Origin: Candidatus Poribacteria bacterium
Lineage (GTDB): Bacteria > Poribacteria > WGA-4E > B28-G17
Reading direction: 5' to 3'
Length of the DNA stretch: 64,000 nucleotides
Assembly: GCA_021162805.1 (NCBI GenBank)
Contig: JAGGXZ010000185.1
Location: forward strand, 3,064-67,063
Below the pieces are notes generated by a model that was given only the letters and a program-made list of their open reading frames with translations, was not told the origin of the DNA and ran no database searches. Position numbers and translations under genes: made by a program. The first letter of the stretch is position 1. Every line of letters starts with the position of its first letter. Shown one piece after another: positions 49,337-59,701 of this stretch.

Positions 49337-51284
49337 CGGTTCCTCCTAGTTTCAAGGCGTTCTCCACCATCGCTATGAGTTGATTGAGCCCGAACGGTTT
49401 AAGCAGGAACCCGGCCGCACCATACTCCATAATCCTCTCATCGCTCGATTCGGAGGAGGTGCCTATGATCTTCGCCTTCGGACTTCTGTTTCTGAAGATC
49501 TCGAAGGTCACCATGCTGCGTTCCATCCCTGAGATCGTCAGATCAAGTATGATAAGTTTCATCCTATCACCGAGCTCATCGATCATTCTTATTGCTTCGT
49601 GGAAATTTCCGACCTCGACGGTGGAGTATCCATATTCGCTCAACATGTGTTTCAGCATTTCCCTGACGAGCGGGGCCTCTTCCACGATGAGGATCACATC
49701 CTCTTCCTTCCGCTTGATCGGCTCAACTCCTTCGACTATTGGCAGATATATGCTGAAAGTTGAACCTGATTCAGGACCGTTTTCCACCCGCACGTAACCG
49801 TCATGTTCGTTGGCGATCCCATAGACCATTGCCAACCCCAGCCCTGCTCCCTCGCTCGGATCCTTAGTGGTATAGAAAGGATCGAAAAGTCTATCGAGCC
49901 TGTCATGTGGTATCCCACTGCCCGTGTCACTGACTGATATAACGGCGTAATCGCCCTGCCTTTTCAGCAAGACGTCGATCTTACCGCCATTCGGCATCGC
50001 CTCAACTGAGTTTTCGATCAGGCATTGGATGGCTGTGCCGAACGCTCCGGGAGCTACTCTGACCGTGAGCGGATCGGCTGAGGGGATGAAGTTCAACTGG
50101 ACGTTTTCCGGAGTGAGATCACCTCTTAGGGAAACGATCTTCTCCTCCACAAACCGATTGAGCTCGGTCACCCTTTTCTCCTCCCCGATTCTTTGAGCGA
50201 ACATGAGCAATCGGTTGACCAGTCTCGCCCCCCTTTCAGATAGGGTTTCGATGACGGCGGCGCGGCGATGAATCGGATCGTGAGGCTCGACGTTGAGCTT
50301 TATAAGCGTCGCGTTGCCCATTATGCCCGTCAACAAGTTGTTGAAATTATGGGCGATGCCGCCTGAGAGCACGGCGAGCCCTTCCAGTTTGGAGGCCCTC
50401 TCAAGCTCCTGTCGAAGTTCCAGGTCCCTGGTCGCATCGCGGATAACGGCCACAACCGCATTCCTGCCGCCGTAAGGAACGATGGAGTATATCCCCTCGA
50501 CGTAGATCTCCTTGCCGTCCTTTCTTATCCCCCAAAAACCATATGTCTCCGGCGCGTTCTCACCCTTAAGCCTCTTGCTATAGCTCTTAAGCATCCTCCT
50601 TCTATCCCGATGTGAGATGAGCTCATAGAAGGGTTTGGAGTATAACTCCTCCTTAGTATAACCCGATAGCTCCACCATGGTGTCGTTGGCGAATTTGATC
50701 ATATTGTCCTGAATTATAACCATCCCCGCGCCGATATGTTCCACCAGGGTTCTGTATCTTTCGCCTATCTCCTTCACCCTCTGATGCGCGAGAGCATTGA
50801 GGACGAGGTTGCCAGCGAGGTTGACGGTGGTCCTCAGAAGAAGGAGGTCATCCTGATCGATTCCCCTATCGCCTTTAAAATAGGCGATCCCCGCGCCGAC
50901 TCCGGACCCGTCCCGTATCACGGGAAGACCCAAAACCGTAACGGTCGACATCCCGCCGATAAGCTCCCTCATCCCTTCGGATAGATCATCCGCGCTCTCG
51001 ACCCTTACGATCGTCACCTCTTGACCTCGTATAATCCGCTCGATCTCCGGGATCGCCCCGATATCATCCTCGGAGATCACTTTGAGATGAGGGATCCTCT
51101 TATCGTTCCAGAAGTTCATCTCATCTTCCGCGCCTGCAACGACAAGAAGCTCCAATCCATCCGCACCGAAGAAGGACTTGACGTTATCGGTGAGCCTTTT
51201 CAGGATGCCTGACGGGTCCAAAATCGAAGATATAGCTTGAATGGTTTGAATCAAAAACTCATATCTTGTTTGACTTTTCATCAT
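49320..51284 (-). CDS. Hybrid sensor histidine kinase (GAF + PAS + HisKA/HATPase + C-terminal receiver)
   Basis: H-box HNFNNLLTGI, G-box, receiver ILIVEEAPLVREML...DLTISGM. Confidence 0.75.
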   Translation of the reverse strand: MMKSQTRYEFLIQTIQAISSILDPSGILKRLTDNVKSFFGADGLELLVVAGAEDEMNFWNDKRIPHLKVISEDDIGAIPEIERIIRGQEVTIVRVESADDLSEGMRELIGGMSTVTVLGLPVIRDGSGVGAGIAYFKGDRGIDQDDLLLLRTTVNLAGNLVLNALAHQRVKEIGERYRTLVEHIGAGMVIIQDNMIKFANDTMVELSGYTKEELYSKPFYELISHRDRRRMLKSYSKRLKGENAPETYGFWGIRKDGKEIYVEGIYSIVPYGGRNAVVAVIRDATRDLELRQELERASKLEGLAVLSGGIAHNFNNLLTGIMGNATLIKLNVEPHDPIHRRAAVIETLSERGARLVNRLLMFAQRIGEEKRVTELNRFVEEKIVSLRGDLTPENVQLNFIPSADPLTVRVAPGAFGTAIQCLIENSVEAMPNGGKIDVLLKRQGDYAVISVSDTGSGIPHDRLDRLFDPFYTTKDPSEGAGLGLAMVYGIANEHDGYVRVENGPESGSTFSIYLPIVEGVEPIKRKEEDVILIVEEAPLVREMLKHMLSEYGYSTVEVGNFHEAIRMIDELGDRMKLIILDLTISGMERSMVTFEIFRNRSPKAKIIGTSSESSDERIMEYGAAGFLLKPFGLNQLIAMVENALKLGGTGGSQG

Positions 51285-51294
51285 GAAAACCTCT

Positions 51295-53067
51295 TTACCC
51301 TGTTTTAACCTGTACGATCGCCTCCTTAAGCTGACCGTAGTATTTGTCGTTGAATATCACGTCTGCACAGCATATATATCTCTTGGACTGTGCGCGTTCG
51401 GGGGGATCTATCGAAAAGATGGCCCTCTCAATGGAGTTAGGCTGGATATCCAGCTTGGCTTTTTCAGGGGAGCTCCTCCACCCATCGGGCAAGGACATCC
51501 TGATCTCGCAGGATGCGGGATAGGGAAAGTGATTCCGAACGGCCACCTCGAGCTCCACCCTGCCGCCCGGGCTCACCTCCGACTGATATGGATAGATACA
51601 TACCCAATCGGGATCGACACCGAACTGGGGATTTTCATACGGCAGCAGTTCATGGAGAACATCCCTGAGTCTTCTGGCCCAATTAAGGTGTTTTCTCAGA
51701 TCCTCCTCGTTCACCTCAAACGGATCCCAGTGCGATGTGAGCATCAATTGGGGGTTGAGCTCCATCATCTTCTTTGCGCTTTTGAGGAAACCCCCATCCA
51801 GCCAAAGATGATTTCGACAGCACACCTGACCTCGCATTTCACAGCCCGGCTTAGGGGTGGGGATGTTATCCCCTTCAAAAAGGGCCCTGATACCGTCGAT
51901 CTCCCCGAAGAGGCCCATCGAATAATCGGTCTGTCCGGGCATATGAAAGGCAAGCAGTTTTAGCCCCTGCCAGTCTATCACCTCCTCATCCTTTATGATC
52001 CTGTCCACAGGTATGGGATCGGGCCAGAGACAGGGCAGATTATATCTTGAGGGATTGAGGAATATATCCACCATGCTTTCGTGAAGGTATAGCTCCGCCC
52101 CGAACTCCTCCCGCAGCCTGTTTATTCCCGCCACGTGATCGTCGTGAAAATGGCTGACGATGACGAAGTCTATCTTCCTCACCCCAAACCGCTCGCGAAG
52201 GATGGAGATCTTATCGAAGTTGAAGTAGCCGCAGTCCACCATGAAAGCTCTGCCGCCCTGGGGGGAGAGGACGAAGAAAGATGTGGAGTCGTTATCCACC
52301 AGGATATGAGGTGTAACCCTCTGGAGTCCTCTTCCCGATCTGGGCTGATTGATCGATCGCCAGTCCACAATCTCATCAAGCTTCTGGAGCCTCTCGAGCA
52401 GTATGCCGATCGCTTTAGCTGGGTTGTGAATCGGTCTGCCGTGTGACGGGAGGATCAGATCGATATCCTCTTCCATAAGCCTTCGGAAGGTCTGAATGGC
52501 GCTTTTCAGCCCGACGGTGTGGCAATATTCCCATTGGAGGTCATAGAAATTGAGGATCTCGCCGGGCGAGTGAATTATATCCCCACAGAACAAGACCCTT
52601 CTCCCACCTATCTCGGCCAGGAGGGATATCGATCCCTCTGTATGGGCCGGGGTGTGAATAACCCGAAGTTGAATCCCCTCCCAATCGAAGATGTCGCCGT
52701 CGCTCAATCCTACGTCTGTGGGGAGGTTTCTGGGCAGGGTCATGAAGGTCGATCGGAGATCATAGTTGATGTATATCTGCTTGTTCTGCCAGAACTCCTC
52801 CGCCTCATCGAAGAGATGTCTTTCATACTCCGGCACGGCGATCCTGCACCCCGCCTCTTCGATCGGCTCGTCCCCCTGGCATTGATCCCTATGGTGATGG
52901 GTGTGAACGATCCATTCCAAGCGCCTGACGCCGATCCGATCCAGATGACCTAATATCCTACCGCTGCCGAAATCCACCGCCAATCCGCTTTCCCCTGATC
53001 GGATCAGATAGACGTTACAGCAATCCTCAAACATAAATAAATTGGGCAGGACCTCGGACAGGCTCAT
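51295..53067 (-). CDS. Double MBL-fold metallo-hydrolase (two HxHxDH cores) with C-terminal beta-rich domain
   Basis: IVHTHHHRDQCQG and FVIVSHFHDDHVAGINRL motifs about 280 aa apart. Confidence 0.65.
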   Translation of the reverse strand: MSLSEVLPNLFMFEDCCNVYLIRSGESGLAVDFGSGRILGHLDRIGVRRLEWIVHTHHHRDQCQGDEPIEEAGCRIAVPEYERHLFDEAEEFWQNKQIYINYDLRSTFMTLPRNLPTDVGLSDGDIFDWEGIQLRVIHTPAHTEGSISLLAEIGGRRVLFCGDIIHSPGEILNFYDLQWEYCHTVGLKSAIQTFRRLMEEDIDLILPSHGRPIHNPAKAIGILLERLQKLDEIVDWRSINQPRSGRGLQRVTPHILVDNDSTSFFVLSPQGGRAFMVDCGYFNFDKISILRERFGVRKIDFVIVSHFHDDHVAGINRLREEFGAELYLHESMVDIFLNPSRYNLPCLWPDPIPVDRIIKDEEVIDWQGLKLLAFHMPGQTDYSMGLFGEIDGIRALFEGDNIPTPKPGCEMRGQVCCRNHLWLDGGFLKSAKKMMELNPQLMLTSHWDPFEVNEEDLRKHLNWARRLRDVLHELLPYENPQFGVDPDWVCIYPYQSEVSPGGRVELEVAVRNHFPYPASCEIRMSLPDGWRSSPEKAKLDIQPNSIERAIFSIDPPERAQSKRYICCADVIFNDKYYGQLKEAIVQVKTG

Positions 53068-53540
53068 CTTGCATCACCGTCCTCCACCCATCTTCTGGCG
53101 GACTCGGCCATCTCCTCAAAGGAGGAGTAGAGGCTGGATATCCCTGTCTGCCGCCTGATCTCCTCGACAATCGGCCTCGCTTTATCCCACAGATGATGTA
53201 CGGGAATCGACCCGAACATCAGATCCTCATGTATGAGCTTATTTTTAAGTAGAATCCCCGCCGCTTCCATGACGTTGAGCAGCTTGATCATTCTGAGCTT
53301 TGAGGTGTCGTTCCTCCAAAGCGAAGCCGCATCTCGTATAAAAAGCTCCATCATGGCTTTGACCACATCCCCCTTGGACAGAAGCTCCACCACTTTCAGA
53401 TACACTCCGGCATCATCATAGGTGGGTTTAAGCCTCTGTTTTGTCAGTTCCAACATCTCTGATACTCCGGACGCGGGAGAGCTGAAAAGATATCTCAGAA
53501 TCTTTGGGGGAAATTTACCACACCACAGGCCCTTTGTCAA
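53064..53540 (-). CDS. Hypothetical protein (158 aa)
   Basis: ORF overlapping neighbours by 4 nt at its 3' end, in operon context. Confidence 0.4.
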   Translation of the reverse strand: MTKGLWCGKFPPKILRYLFSSPASGVSEMLELTKQRLKPTYDDAGVYLKVVELLSKGDVVKAMMELFIRDAASLWRNDTSKLRMIKLLNVMEAAGILLKNKLIHEDLMFGSIPVHHLWDKARPIVEEIRRQTGISSLYSSFEEMAESARRWVEDGDAR

Positions 53541-53557
53541 GTCCGGCTGAAAGCCTA

Positions 53558-54400
53558 CTAAAGACTCCCCAAATCCAGCCTCAGACCGACATGAAGTGGG
53601 ATGAAGTCCTCACCGTACTCCCTCTCGAAAGCTCTCATCGCTTCCCACCCGGTGCAATGGCCCAAGACGACCTTCCGCACCCCTATCTCCCTGAAGCGCT
53701 TCACGGTCTTGGATATCCTCTCCTGGGAAGCTCCTATCAGATGAGTCCCACCGATGACGATCGAGGGTGTTTTCCCCGTTAGCTCGGCGGTATACTCCAG
53801 GGTATTGATTATCCCCGCGTGAGCACATCCCGATATGAGGGCGGATTCGGAACCGAGATCTACGATAAGCGACTGGTCATCCGTCAGATGATCCTCACTC
53901 ATCGTAAGATCCGGCACCCTGAGCTCGAAGAACTCCTTCGAGATAGGTTCAAAATCGCATCTGCGCGGAATTTCACCTGTGAGGCTGATCCCGTCGCCGA
54001 CTTCAACGGGTTCGGTGTTCATCATCAGGAAAGCTCTGCCGAACCTCAGGATTCCAGGATGATCGGTCATACCTATGTATCTGTACTCCATCGCCCTATT
54101 TCTGGCCAGCTTTTCACCTAAAGCGTTGGGATGCAGATATATCTGCAGGGGCTGACGGCGGGGTATGGAGATCAGATATCCCAGCCCACCGGTGTGGTCA
54201 TAATGGCCATGGCTTATCGCCACCTTGTTTATCCTTGAGAGATCTATACCGAGAAGAGGGGCGTTATACCGGAGCGCCATGCCCTGTCCCGTGTCGAAGA
54301 GCAGGGGTTCGTCCCCCTCAGGTTCGATCAGAACGGAAAAACCGTGCTCGGCTATCAATCGGCCCCAGGCCGTATTTTCGGATATCACCGTTACTTTCAT
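53558..54400 (-). CDS. MBL-fold metallo-hydrolase
   Basis: VAISHGHYDHTGGL motif. Confidence 0.7.
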   Translation of the reverse strand: MKVTVISENTAWGRLIAEHGFSVLIEPEGDEPLLFDTGQGMALRYNAPLLGIDLSRINKVAISHGHYDHTGGLGYLISIPRRQPLQIYLHPNALGEKLARNRAMEYRYIGMTDHPGILRFGRAFLMMNTEPVEVGDGISLTGEIPRRCDFEPISKEFFELRVPDLTMSEDHLTDDQSLIVDLGSESALISGCAHAGIINTLEYTAELTGKTPSIVIGGTHLIGASQERISKTVKRFREIGVRKVVLGHCTGWEAMRAFEREYGEDFIPLHVGLRLDLGSL

Positions 54401-54656
54401 ATCTACCTCCTCTATCTTCTTCCTTCCCTCTGACAGTTGCGGTTTCCCTTAGGATTATATCATATTGCTCGTATTATCTACATTATATCATTTGCGCAAC
54501 GGGTAAGTATCAGCAGCGCAACTCGCCTGTCAACCGAGCCCTCAGATACCTACGTTCAAGTTTGGCATTGAAGTTGCTTATATTATGAATCGCACAGGGA
54601 GCGCGAGGGCGGGCGATGAATCGCTGAAGATTCCGCCCGCCAATTAAATCCGGGAG

Positions 54657-56117
54657 GTGATGAGGATGAAAGCCCCAGCCCTGGGTTTGCTGATCCTATT
54701 GTTAGCCGTTTCGATCTCACAGGCGGACTGGTCGATCGGTTATGAATTCAGATATGACTATGACGATGTGTATTCGAACATGATCGGCCGCGAGCACCGG
54801 GACGGCGCGGAAGTAGATGACTGGATAGAACGCGGCAGTGCAACCATAACGGCAAGTCCCATCTTCCCCGATGGCGTCAGGCTTACGGGATGGTCGACCG
54901 ATTTCGAGACGGAAGGGGAAGGAGATTTCGACTTCAGCCTCGCAAGCGCAATCTACTACTTCCACATCCCGCGTGGAACCCAATATATAAAGATCAAGGT
55001 CTACTATCGAGGTGAAGGAGGAAGGGTTGAATTCGACGGCACAGATGAGATCGCCGGAAGAGTCTGGATCAGAAACTACGAGCGGGAGAGGCTCAGGCGA
55101 AAATATGAGGAGGATGACACGCTATATGGCGATACCTTTCTCCTGAGAGCCAACAGACGATCCGAAACGATAAGGATACCGGCAGCCGAACATGTGAACG
55201 ATGGCGTGATGGAGATGCATATAGTGGTGGATGATGGGATGATGCTGGACGTAGACTATATCGTCGTCGAATCCTATAGATGGCTGCCGGAGGTTAAGGT
55301 GATCAACAGATACTACAGGGTTTATGAGTGGAAACCGTGGTATTACTACACTTACATTTACTTCTACGATGGCCCTTGCTACTATCTGACCGACTACGGA
55401 TACTACATCAGATGGATATATCCGGCGTATGACAGGTTCTACCTCAGCATCAGATTCAGATATGGAGATTACCTGCGCAGATACTACGCTATGTATCCTA
55501 GATATTACTGGTATCGTAGATGGAGCGAGATATATTACGACGATCCAAAAGCGCGGGTCAGAATTCACGCCGGAGGGGTCAGGGCTAGGATCAGACCATG
55601 GACGCCGGAGGACGAGAGGATAAGAAAGGAGTACATAATCGTCAGAAGATCCCCCGATAGGGAGAGAAACAGGATAGCTGAGGTGCGAAACAGGATAAGG
55701 GAGACGATAACGCGCTATAGAATCCGTGAAGGACAAAGCTCAGCAAGTCGCACGCGGATAAGAACCACACATCCCACCGATTCACGGTATCGGACCAGGA
55801 CATCGATCAGGTGGTCCAGAACGACTCCCAGCACCACACATATAATCGTCCCCAGAACTGAAGTTAGAATAAGAAGCCGCTCTCAGGAGAGCAGATCCTC
55901 ACCTCCTTCATCCGCCCGTACTCGAAGCTCATCGATCCGATCCCGCATATCAACACGGAGAAGCGAACCGCCCAGAAACTCTCGATCTCAGGCAAGCAGC
56001 AGCCGTAACAGGGAGGAAGAGGAAAAGAAAAAAGATGAGGACGAGGATAAAGATAAGGATAAAAAGGATGAGGGAAGCTCAAGGCGGGATAGGATCAGAT
56101 CGAGAATAAGGAGGTGA
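54657..56117 (+). CDS. Secreted protein with globular N-terminal half and extreme low-complexity C-terminal half (Tyr/Arg/Trp-rich, then Arg/Ser/Thr-rich, then Lys/Asp/Glu-rich)
   Basis: Signal peptide MMRMKAPALGLLILLLAVSISQA; RBS gggaggtga; WKPWYYYTYIYFYDGPCYYLTDYGYYIRW..., ...RSRSQESRSSPPSSARTRSSSIRSRISTRRS..., EEEEKKKDEDEDKDKDKKDE. Confidence 0.45.
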   Translation: MMRMKAPALGLLILLLAVSISQADWSIGYEFRYDYDDVYSNMIGREHRDGAEVDDWIERGSATITASPIFPDGVRLTGWSTDFETEGEGDFDFSLASAIYYFHIPRGTQYIKIKVYYRGEGGRVEFDGTDEIAGRVWIRNYERERLRRKYEEDDTLYGDTFLLRANRRSETIRIPAAEHVNDGVMEMHIVVDDGMMLDVDYIVVESYRWLPEVKVINRYYRVYEWKPWYYYTYIYFYDGPCYYLTDYGYYIRWIYPAYDRFYLSIRFRYGDYLRRYYAMYPRYYWYRRWSEIYYDDPKARVRIHAGGVRARIRPWTPEDERIRKEYIIVRRSPDRERNRIAEVRNRIRETITRYRIREGQSSASRTRIRTTHPTDSRYRTRTSIRWSRTTPSTTHIIVPRTEVRIRSRSQESRSSPPSSARTRSSSIRSRISTRRSEPPRNSRSQASSSRNREEEEKKKDEDEDKDKDKKDEGSSRRDRIRSRIRR

Positions 56118-56184
56118 AATATGACAAGGGGACGGGGAGAGGGGGAGACCAGGGGAATTCTCCCTCGCTCATAATTATCGTTAA

Positions 56185-56377
56185 GTGTAGCAGAGATCTG
56201 AGAGGTCAGAAAACGTTACAACGTTAAACGTTGAACGTGCAACGGATTCCCCTTCTCCTCGTTCCTCCTCATAGATAACCGTATACGTCTCTTTCCTCTC
56301 CTTGTCCCCTTGTCTCCTTGTCACCCTGTCTCCCCTGTTTCCTGCCTCCTGTCTCCTATCGGTGATAACCGCTACAC
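56185..56377. repeat. Modular intergenic repeat copy B (shares GTGTAGCAGAGATCTGAGAGGTCAGAA, CTCCTCGTTCCTCCTCAT-GATAACCG, GTCTCTTTCCTCTCCTTGTC..TGTCTCC and terminal GATAACCGCTACAC with copy A; unique AACGTT x4 insert)
   Basis: Direct comparison with 40642..40870; between convergent gene ends. Confidence 0.45.
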
Positions 56378-56415
56378 TCAAAGGGAATTTGAACGCAATG
56401 ATAATATGGGCGATT

Positions 56416-58599
56416 TTATCTCTTCAACCTTTCCCTCGCCACCTTCGCGTATCTGCTTTTGGGATCAAGTTTGAGGATCTCACGCCACATCTGATCCGCC
56501 TTTTCCACTTCGCCCACCGCTTCATATGCCAGAGCTAAATTATATCTGGTCAGAACTGAGGTTGGATCCAGTTTCAGCGCCTTAAGATAATAGCCTATTG
56601 CCGTTTGAGGATTGCCCATCAGATAGAAGGAGTATCCGTAGTTCATCACTATAAGCGGGTCGTTCGGCGCTATTCGGTAAGCTCGTTCTAGAAACCTATG
56701 GGCCTTCGGGAGCCTCTTCTCATCGTTGGCCAGAACCAGGAAGGCATAATCCTTGATGGCGTCAAGGTTATCCGGATCGATCGCCAATGCCTTTTCATAA
56801 AGCGGTATAGCGGCCTCAATCTTGCCCATCTCGGAATATCTGCCTGCCAGATATAACATCGCCTCGACATCCCTCGGATCGAACTTCAACGCCTTTTCGA
56901 ATTCCTCCATGGCCTTTTTGACATCTCCCTCCCGGTCGTATACCTTTCCCAGAAGTCTGTGTGCTCCGGCGTGATTCGGGTCCAACTGGATGGCCTTTTG
57001 AAGATCGGAGATGATATCCTCCATGTCGAAGATCAGCGCCGATTGAGGGCCTACGCCGAAGTTCAACATGAACCTCGCTCGCCTGTAATACAGATCGGCG
57101 TTATCGGGATAGTAATCTATCATATCCGAGTAGATCCTAAAAGCCTTCATCTTATGCTGTCTTTCAAGCAGTTCGGCCAGCTTTAAGTTATACCTGAGAT
57201 TGGAGTTGTCGATTTTGGCGGCGTTAGAGAGATGTTTGAGTGCCCTCTCGACGTTCCTTTTATACCCTTTATCATCCCCGAGCTTGTGTGCCGTCTCAGC
57301 TCGTTTTTCGTAAATCAACCCCAGTTCATATTCAAGCCCGGCGTTTTGGGGATCGAGGTTCAGGAGTTTCTCCGCCGTCTCGACGAACTTCTCCTCGTTA
57401 CCCTCTTTGCGGTATGTCTTGAGGAGCTTTTGCAAGAGCTCCATTTGAACCCCGCCTAGCTCCTCAGCTCGTTTGTATTCCAGAACCGCCTTTTGAGGGT
57501 TTTCCTTCTCATAGATCCTTCCGAGCTCGATGTGCACCTCCTTGCGCAACGGGCTGATTCCGGGGATCTTACGTGATACCTCCTCCAGCTCCCTTCGAGC
57601 GGCGAGCACATCTCCCAGTTTAACTCTCAGCTTAGCGAGTATGAACCTTACTCCCTGATCATCAGGATTTTCCCTCAGGTATCGATCGAGCACGCGAGCT
57701 GCCCTCTCATAGTCCGCTCCTTTCAGCATCGATACGAACTCCCTGTTATTCGGATCGACCGCCAAGGCGCTTCTGATAGCGGCCACGGCGTATTTCTCCT
57801 TTCCCTTCTCCATGAAGATCGATGCCAGCTCATATCTGGCATCGGCATTTTTCGGATCATATCTCCTGCCCAGCTTATACATCTTGATCGCCTCGCCGGG
57901 CTTATCCTGCATGGCATAAATCTGCCCTAGCCTGTAATAGGCGTCGGCGAGCCTGTAATTCAGCTTGATTGATCTTTCAAGCTCTATCTGGGCGTTTTTC
58001 AGATCGGCCATGTTATAAAGAACGACTCCCCTCATGTAATGGGCGACCGGAGAATTAGGCCTTTTCCCCACAAGTTCATCGCAATACCGCAGTGCTGACT
58101 CGAAATCCCTTCTATCGATATATTTCCTTATGAGATCGAGATACACCTCTTCGATATCAGAAGGTATGATCTCCTGCCAGATCGAGATGGCCTTTTGATC
58201 ATCTCCTAGGGCGGAGTAAACCTCGCCGAGGGCGAGTTTAATCCAGGGGGATTCCAAGCCTTGATTCGCCTTTTCAAGGAAATCCCGCGCTTTGCCAAGC
58301 CTGGATTTGTCGCCGCTCACCAGATAGGTTAAGCCGAGCGAATAGGCTACGACGGGGATTTCGGGATGTCTCTCATATGCTTTTTCGTATACTGCAAGCG
58401 GAACTTCGATCATGCCGTTCCTCTTGTATTTTAAGATAAGCTCTCTATGTAGCTTGAAGTTCCTCGGATCCCTGTTGACGATCTTTCTGTATTTGGATAT
58501 CTCCCTTTCCATATCTCCTCCACCGATCGTGAAGGCAAGGGAGGTCACAAGTGTTAAAATCATGATCGCTGCGGCGATCGAGATGGACCTGCGCCCCAT
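56416..58599 (-). CDS. Large TPR-repeat protein with N-terminal signal/anchor
   Basis: More than 15 TPR units; start set at ATG preceded by GGAGGAG. Confidence 0.7.
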   Translation of the reverse strand: MGRRSISIAAAIMILTLVTSLAFTIGGGDMEREISKYRKIVNRDPRNFKLHRELILKYKRNGMIEVPLAVYEKAYERHPEIPVVAYSLGLTYLVSGDKSRLGKARDFLEKANQGLESPWIKLALGEVYSALGDDQKAISIWQEIIPSDIEEVYLDLIRKYIDRRDFESALRYCDELVGKRPNSPVAHYMRGVVLYNMADLKNAQIELERSIKLNYRLADAYYRLGQIYAMQDKPGEAIKMYKLGRRYDPKNADARYELASIFMEKGKEKYAVAAIRSALAVDPNNREFVSMLKGADYERAARVLDRYLRENPDDQGVRFILAKLRVKLGDVLAARRELEEVSRKIPGISPLRKEVHIELGRIYEKENPQKAVLEYKRAEELGGVQMELLQKLLKTYRKEGNEEKFVETAEKLLNLDPQNAGLEYELGLIYEKRAETAHKLGDDKGYKRNVERALKHLSNAAKIDNSNLRYNLKLAELLERQHKMKAFRIYSDMIDYYPDNADLYYRRARFMLNFGVGPQSALIFDMEDIISDLQKAIQLDPNHAGAHRLLGKVYDREGDVKKAMEEFEKALKFDPRDVEAMLYLAGRYSEMGKIEAAIPLYEKALAIDPDNLDAIKDYAFLVLANDEKRLPKAHRFLERAYRIAPNDPLIVMNYGYSFYLMGNPQTAIGYYLKALKLDPTSVLTRYNLALAYEAVGEVEKADQMWREILKLDPKSRYAKVARERLKR

Positions 58600-58732
58600 A
58601 CTATCTCCTCCAGATGGATTGAGTTCGAAGTGATAAACGTCCCTTACCCCTCTCCAGGTTACCGTAGAGGAGGTGTGCAAAGATTTGCATACTGCGTCGT
58701 TATTCTCTAGTGAGAACATCACGGAGCTTAAA

Positions 58733-59677
58733 ATGCTTGATGAGATATATCATAGCGGAGTTACATGTATAACTTTCAGTCCTGATGGCCGTTATCTTGC
58801 CTCAGGCGCCAGTGATGGGAGCGTGAGGCTGTGGCGTGTAAATCCGAGCTCTCATTTGGAATCGCTGGAGTGTGAGAGCAGGGTGAACGCCCTCAGCTTT
58901 CATCCGGATGGCAAGCATCTGGTTGCCGGGCTGAACAACGGTGAGGTGAAGATCTGGCATCTTAACCTTAGGTATCTCACACAGGTCAGTAGCACCTCTT
59001 TCGATTCCGGACTGGGAGGAATTGGCGCCGTTGCCTTCAGCCGGGATGGGGAACTGCTGGTCGCCGGAGGGGATAACGGCAGGGTGAAAGCATGGGCCTT
59101 CCCCCGATGTGCGCCGGTAAGCGATGTGAGACTGTCCAGCGGCATGGTCTTCTCGCTGGATTTCCACCCTTCAGATTTACTGGTGGCCATCGGGGTTATG
59201 AGGATAGCTATGAATATAGATCTCGCCTCGGCATGGTTGTGGGATTTGAGTTCAGAGAGGGCAAGGCCGATTCTAGGTCATATCTCCTCCGTTTTCACCG
59301 TCAGGTTCTCCCCGCGGGGTGAAATCCTGGCGACAGGCGGAGGAGATGGGGTTGTGAGCCTCTGGAAGGTGCCGAGGCTGAGCCAATACGCCTTCTGGCA
59401 GGAGAAAAGCGAAATAGGGGCGTTGGAGTTCCTTGATGATAGATCCCTGTTGTTTGGAACTTTGAGCGGATTGCTCAAGAACCTGAGGATAACGGATCAG
59501 ATTGAAGTCGAAACGATGGGTAGATATGAGAAGGGGATCATAGCGATAAGAAGAAACCCGAACGGAAAACAGCTCGCCATCGCCTCCGGAGAGGGGTGGA
59601 TCAGGATATGGGAAAGGGAAACCATAGAGATAAAAGCGGGATCTCCCGAAGCGGAAAGGGGGTATCGCGCCATCTAG
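58733..59677 (+). CDS. WD40-repeat protein
   Basis: GVTCITFSPDGRYLASGASDGSVRLWRV and further WD repeats. Confidence 0.7.
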   Translation: MLDEIYHSGVTCITFSPDGRYLASGASDGSVRLWRVNPSSHLESLECESRVNALSFHPDGKHLVAGLNNGEVKIWHLNLRYLTQVSSTSFDSGLGGIGAVAFSRDGELLVAGGDNGRVKAWAFPRCAPVSDVRLSSGMVFSLDFHPSDLLVAIGVMRIAMNIDLASAWLWDLSSERARPILGHISSVFTVRFSPRGEILATGGGDGVVSLWKVPRLSQYAFWQEKSEIGALEFLDDRSLLFGTLSGLLKNLRITDQIEVETMGRYEKGIIAIRRNPNGKQLAIASGEGWIRIWERETIEIKAGSPEAERGYRAI

Positions 59678-59701
59678 CTTTGGCCAATCGGCGTTCGGCC
59701 G

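Noticed and set aside
55122-55736. 204-aa minus-strand ORF overlapping the Tyr/Arg-rich gene
   Set aside because: It is shorter than the sense ORF, has no signal or RBS, and is generated by the same biased repeat. It is kept only as the alternative if the sense frame fails periodicity tests.
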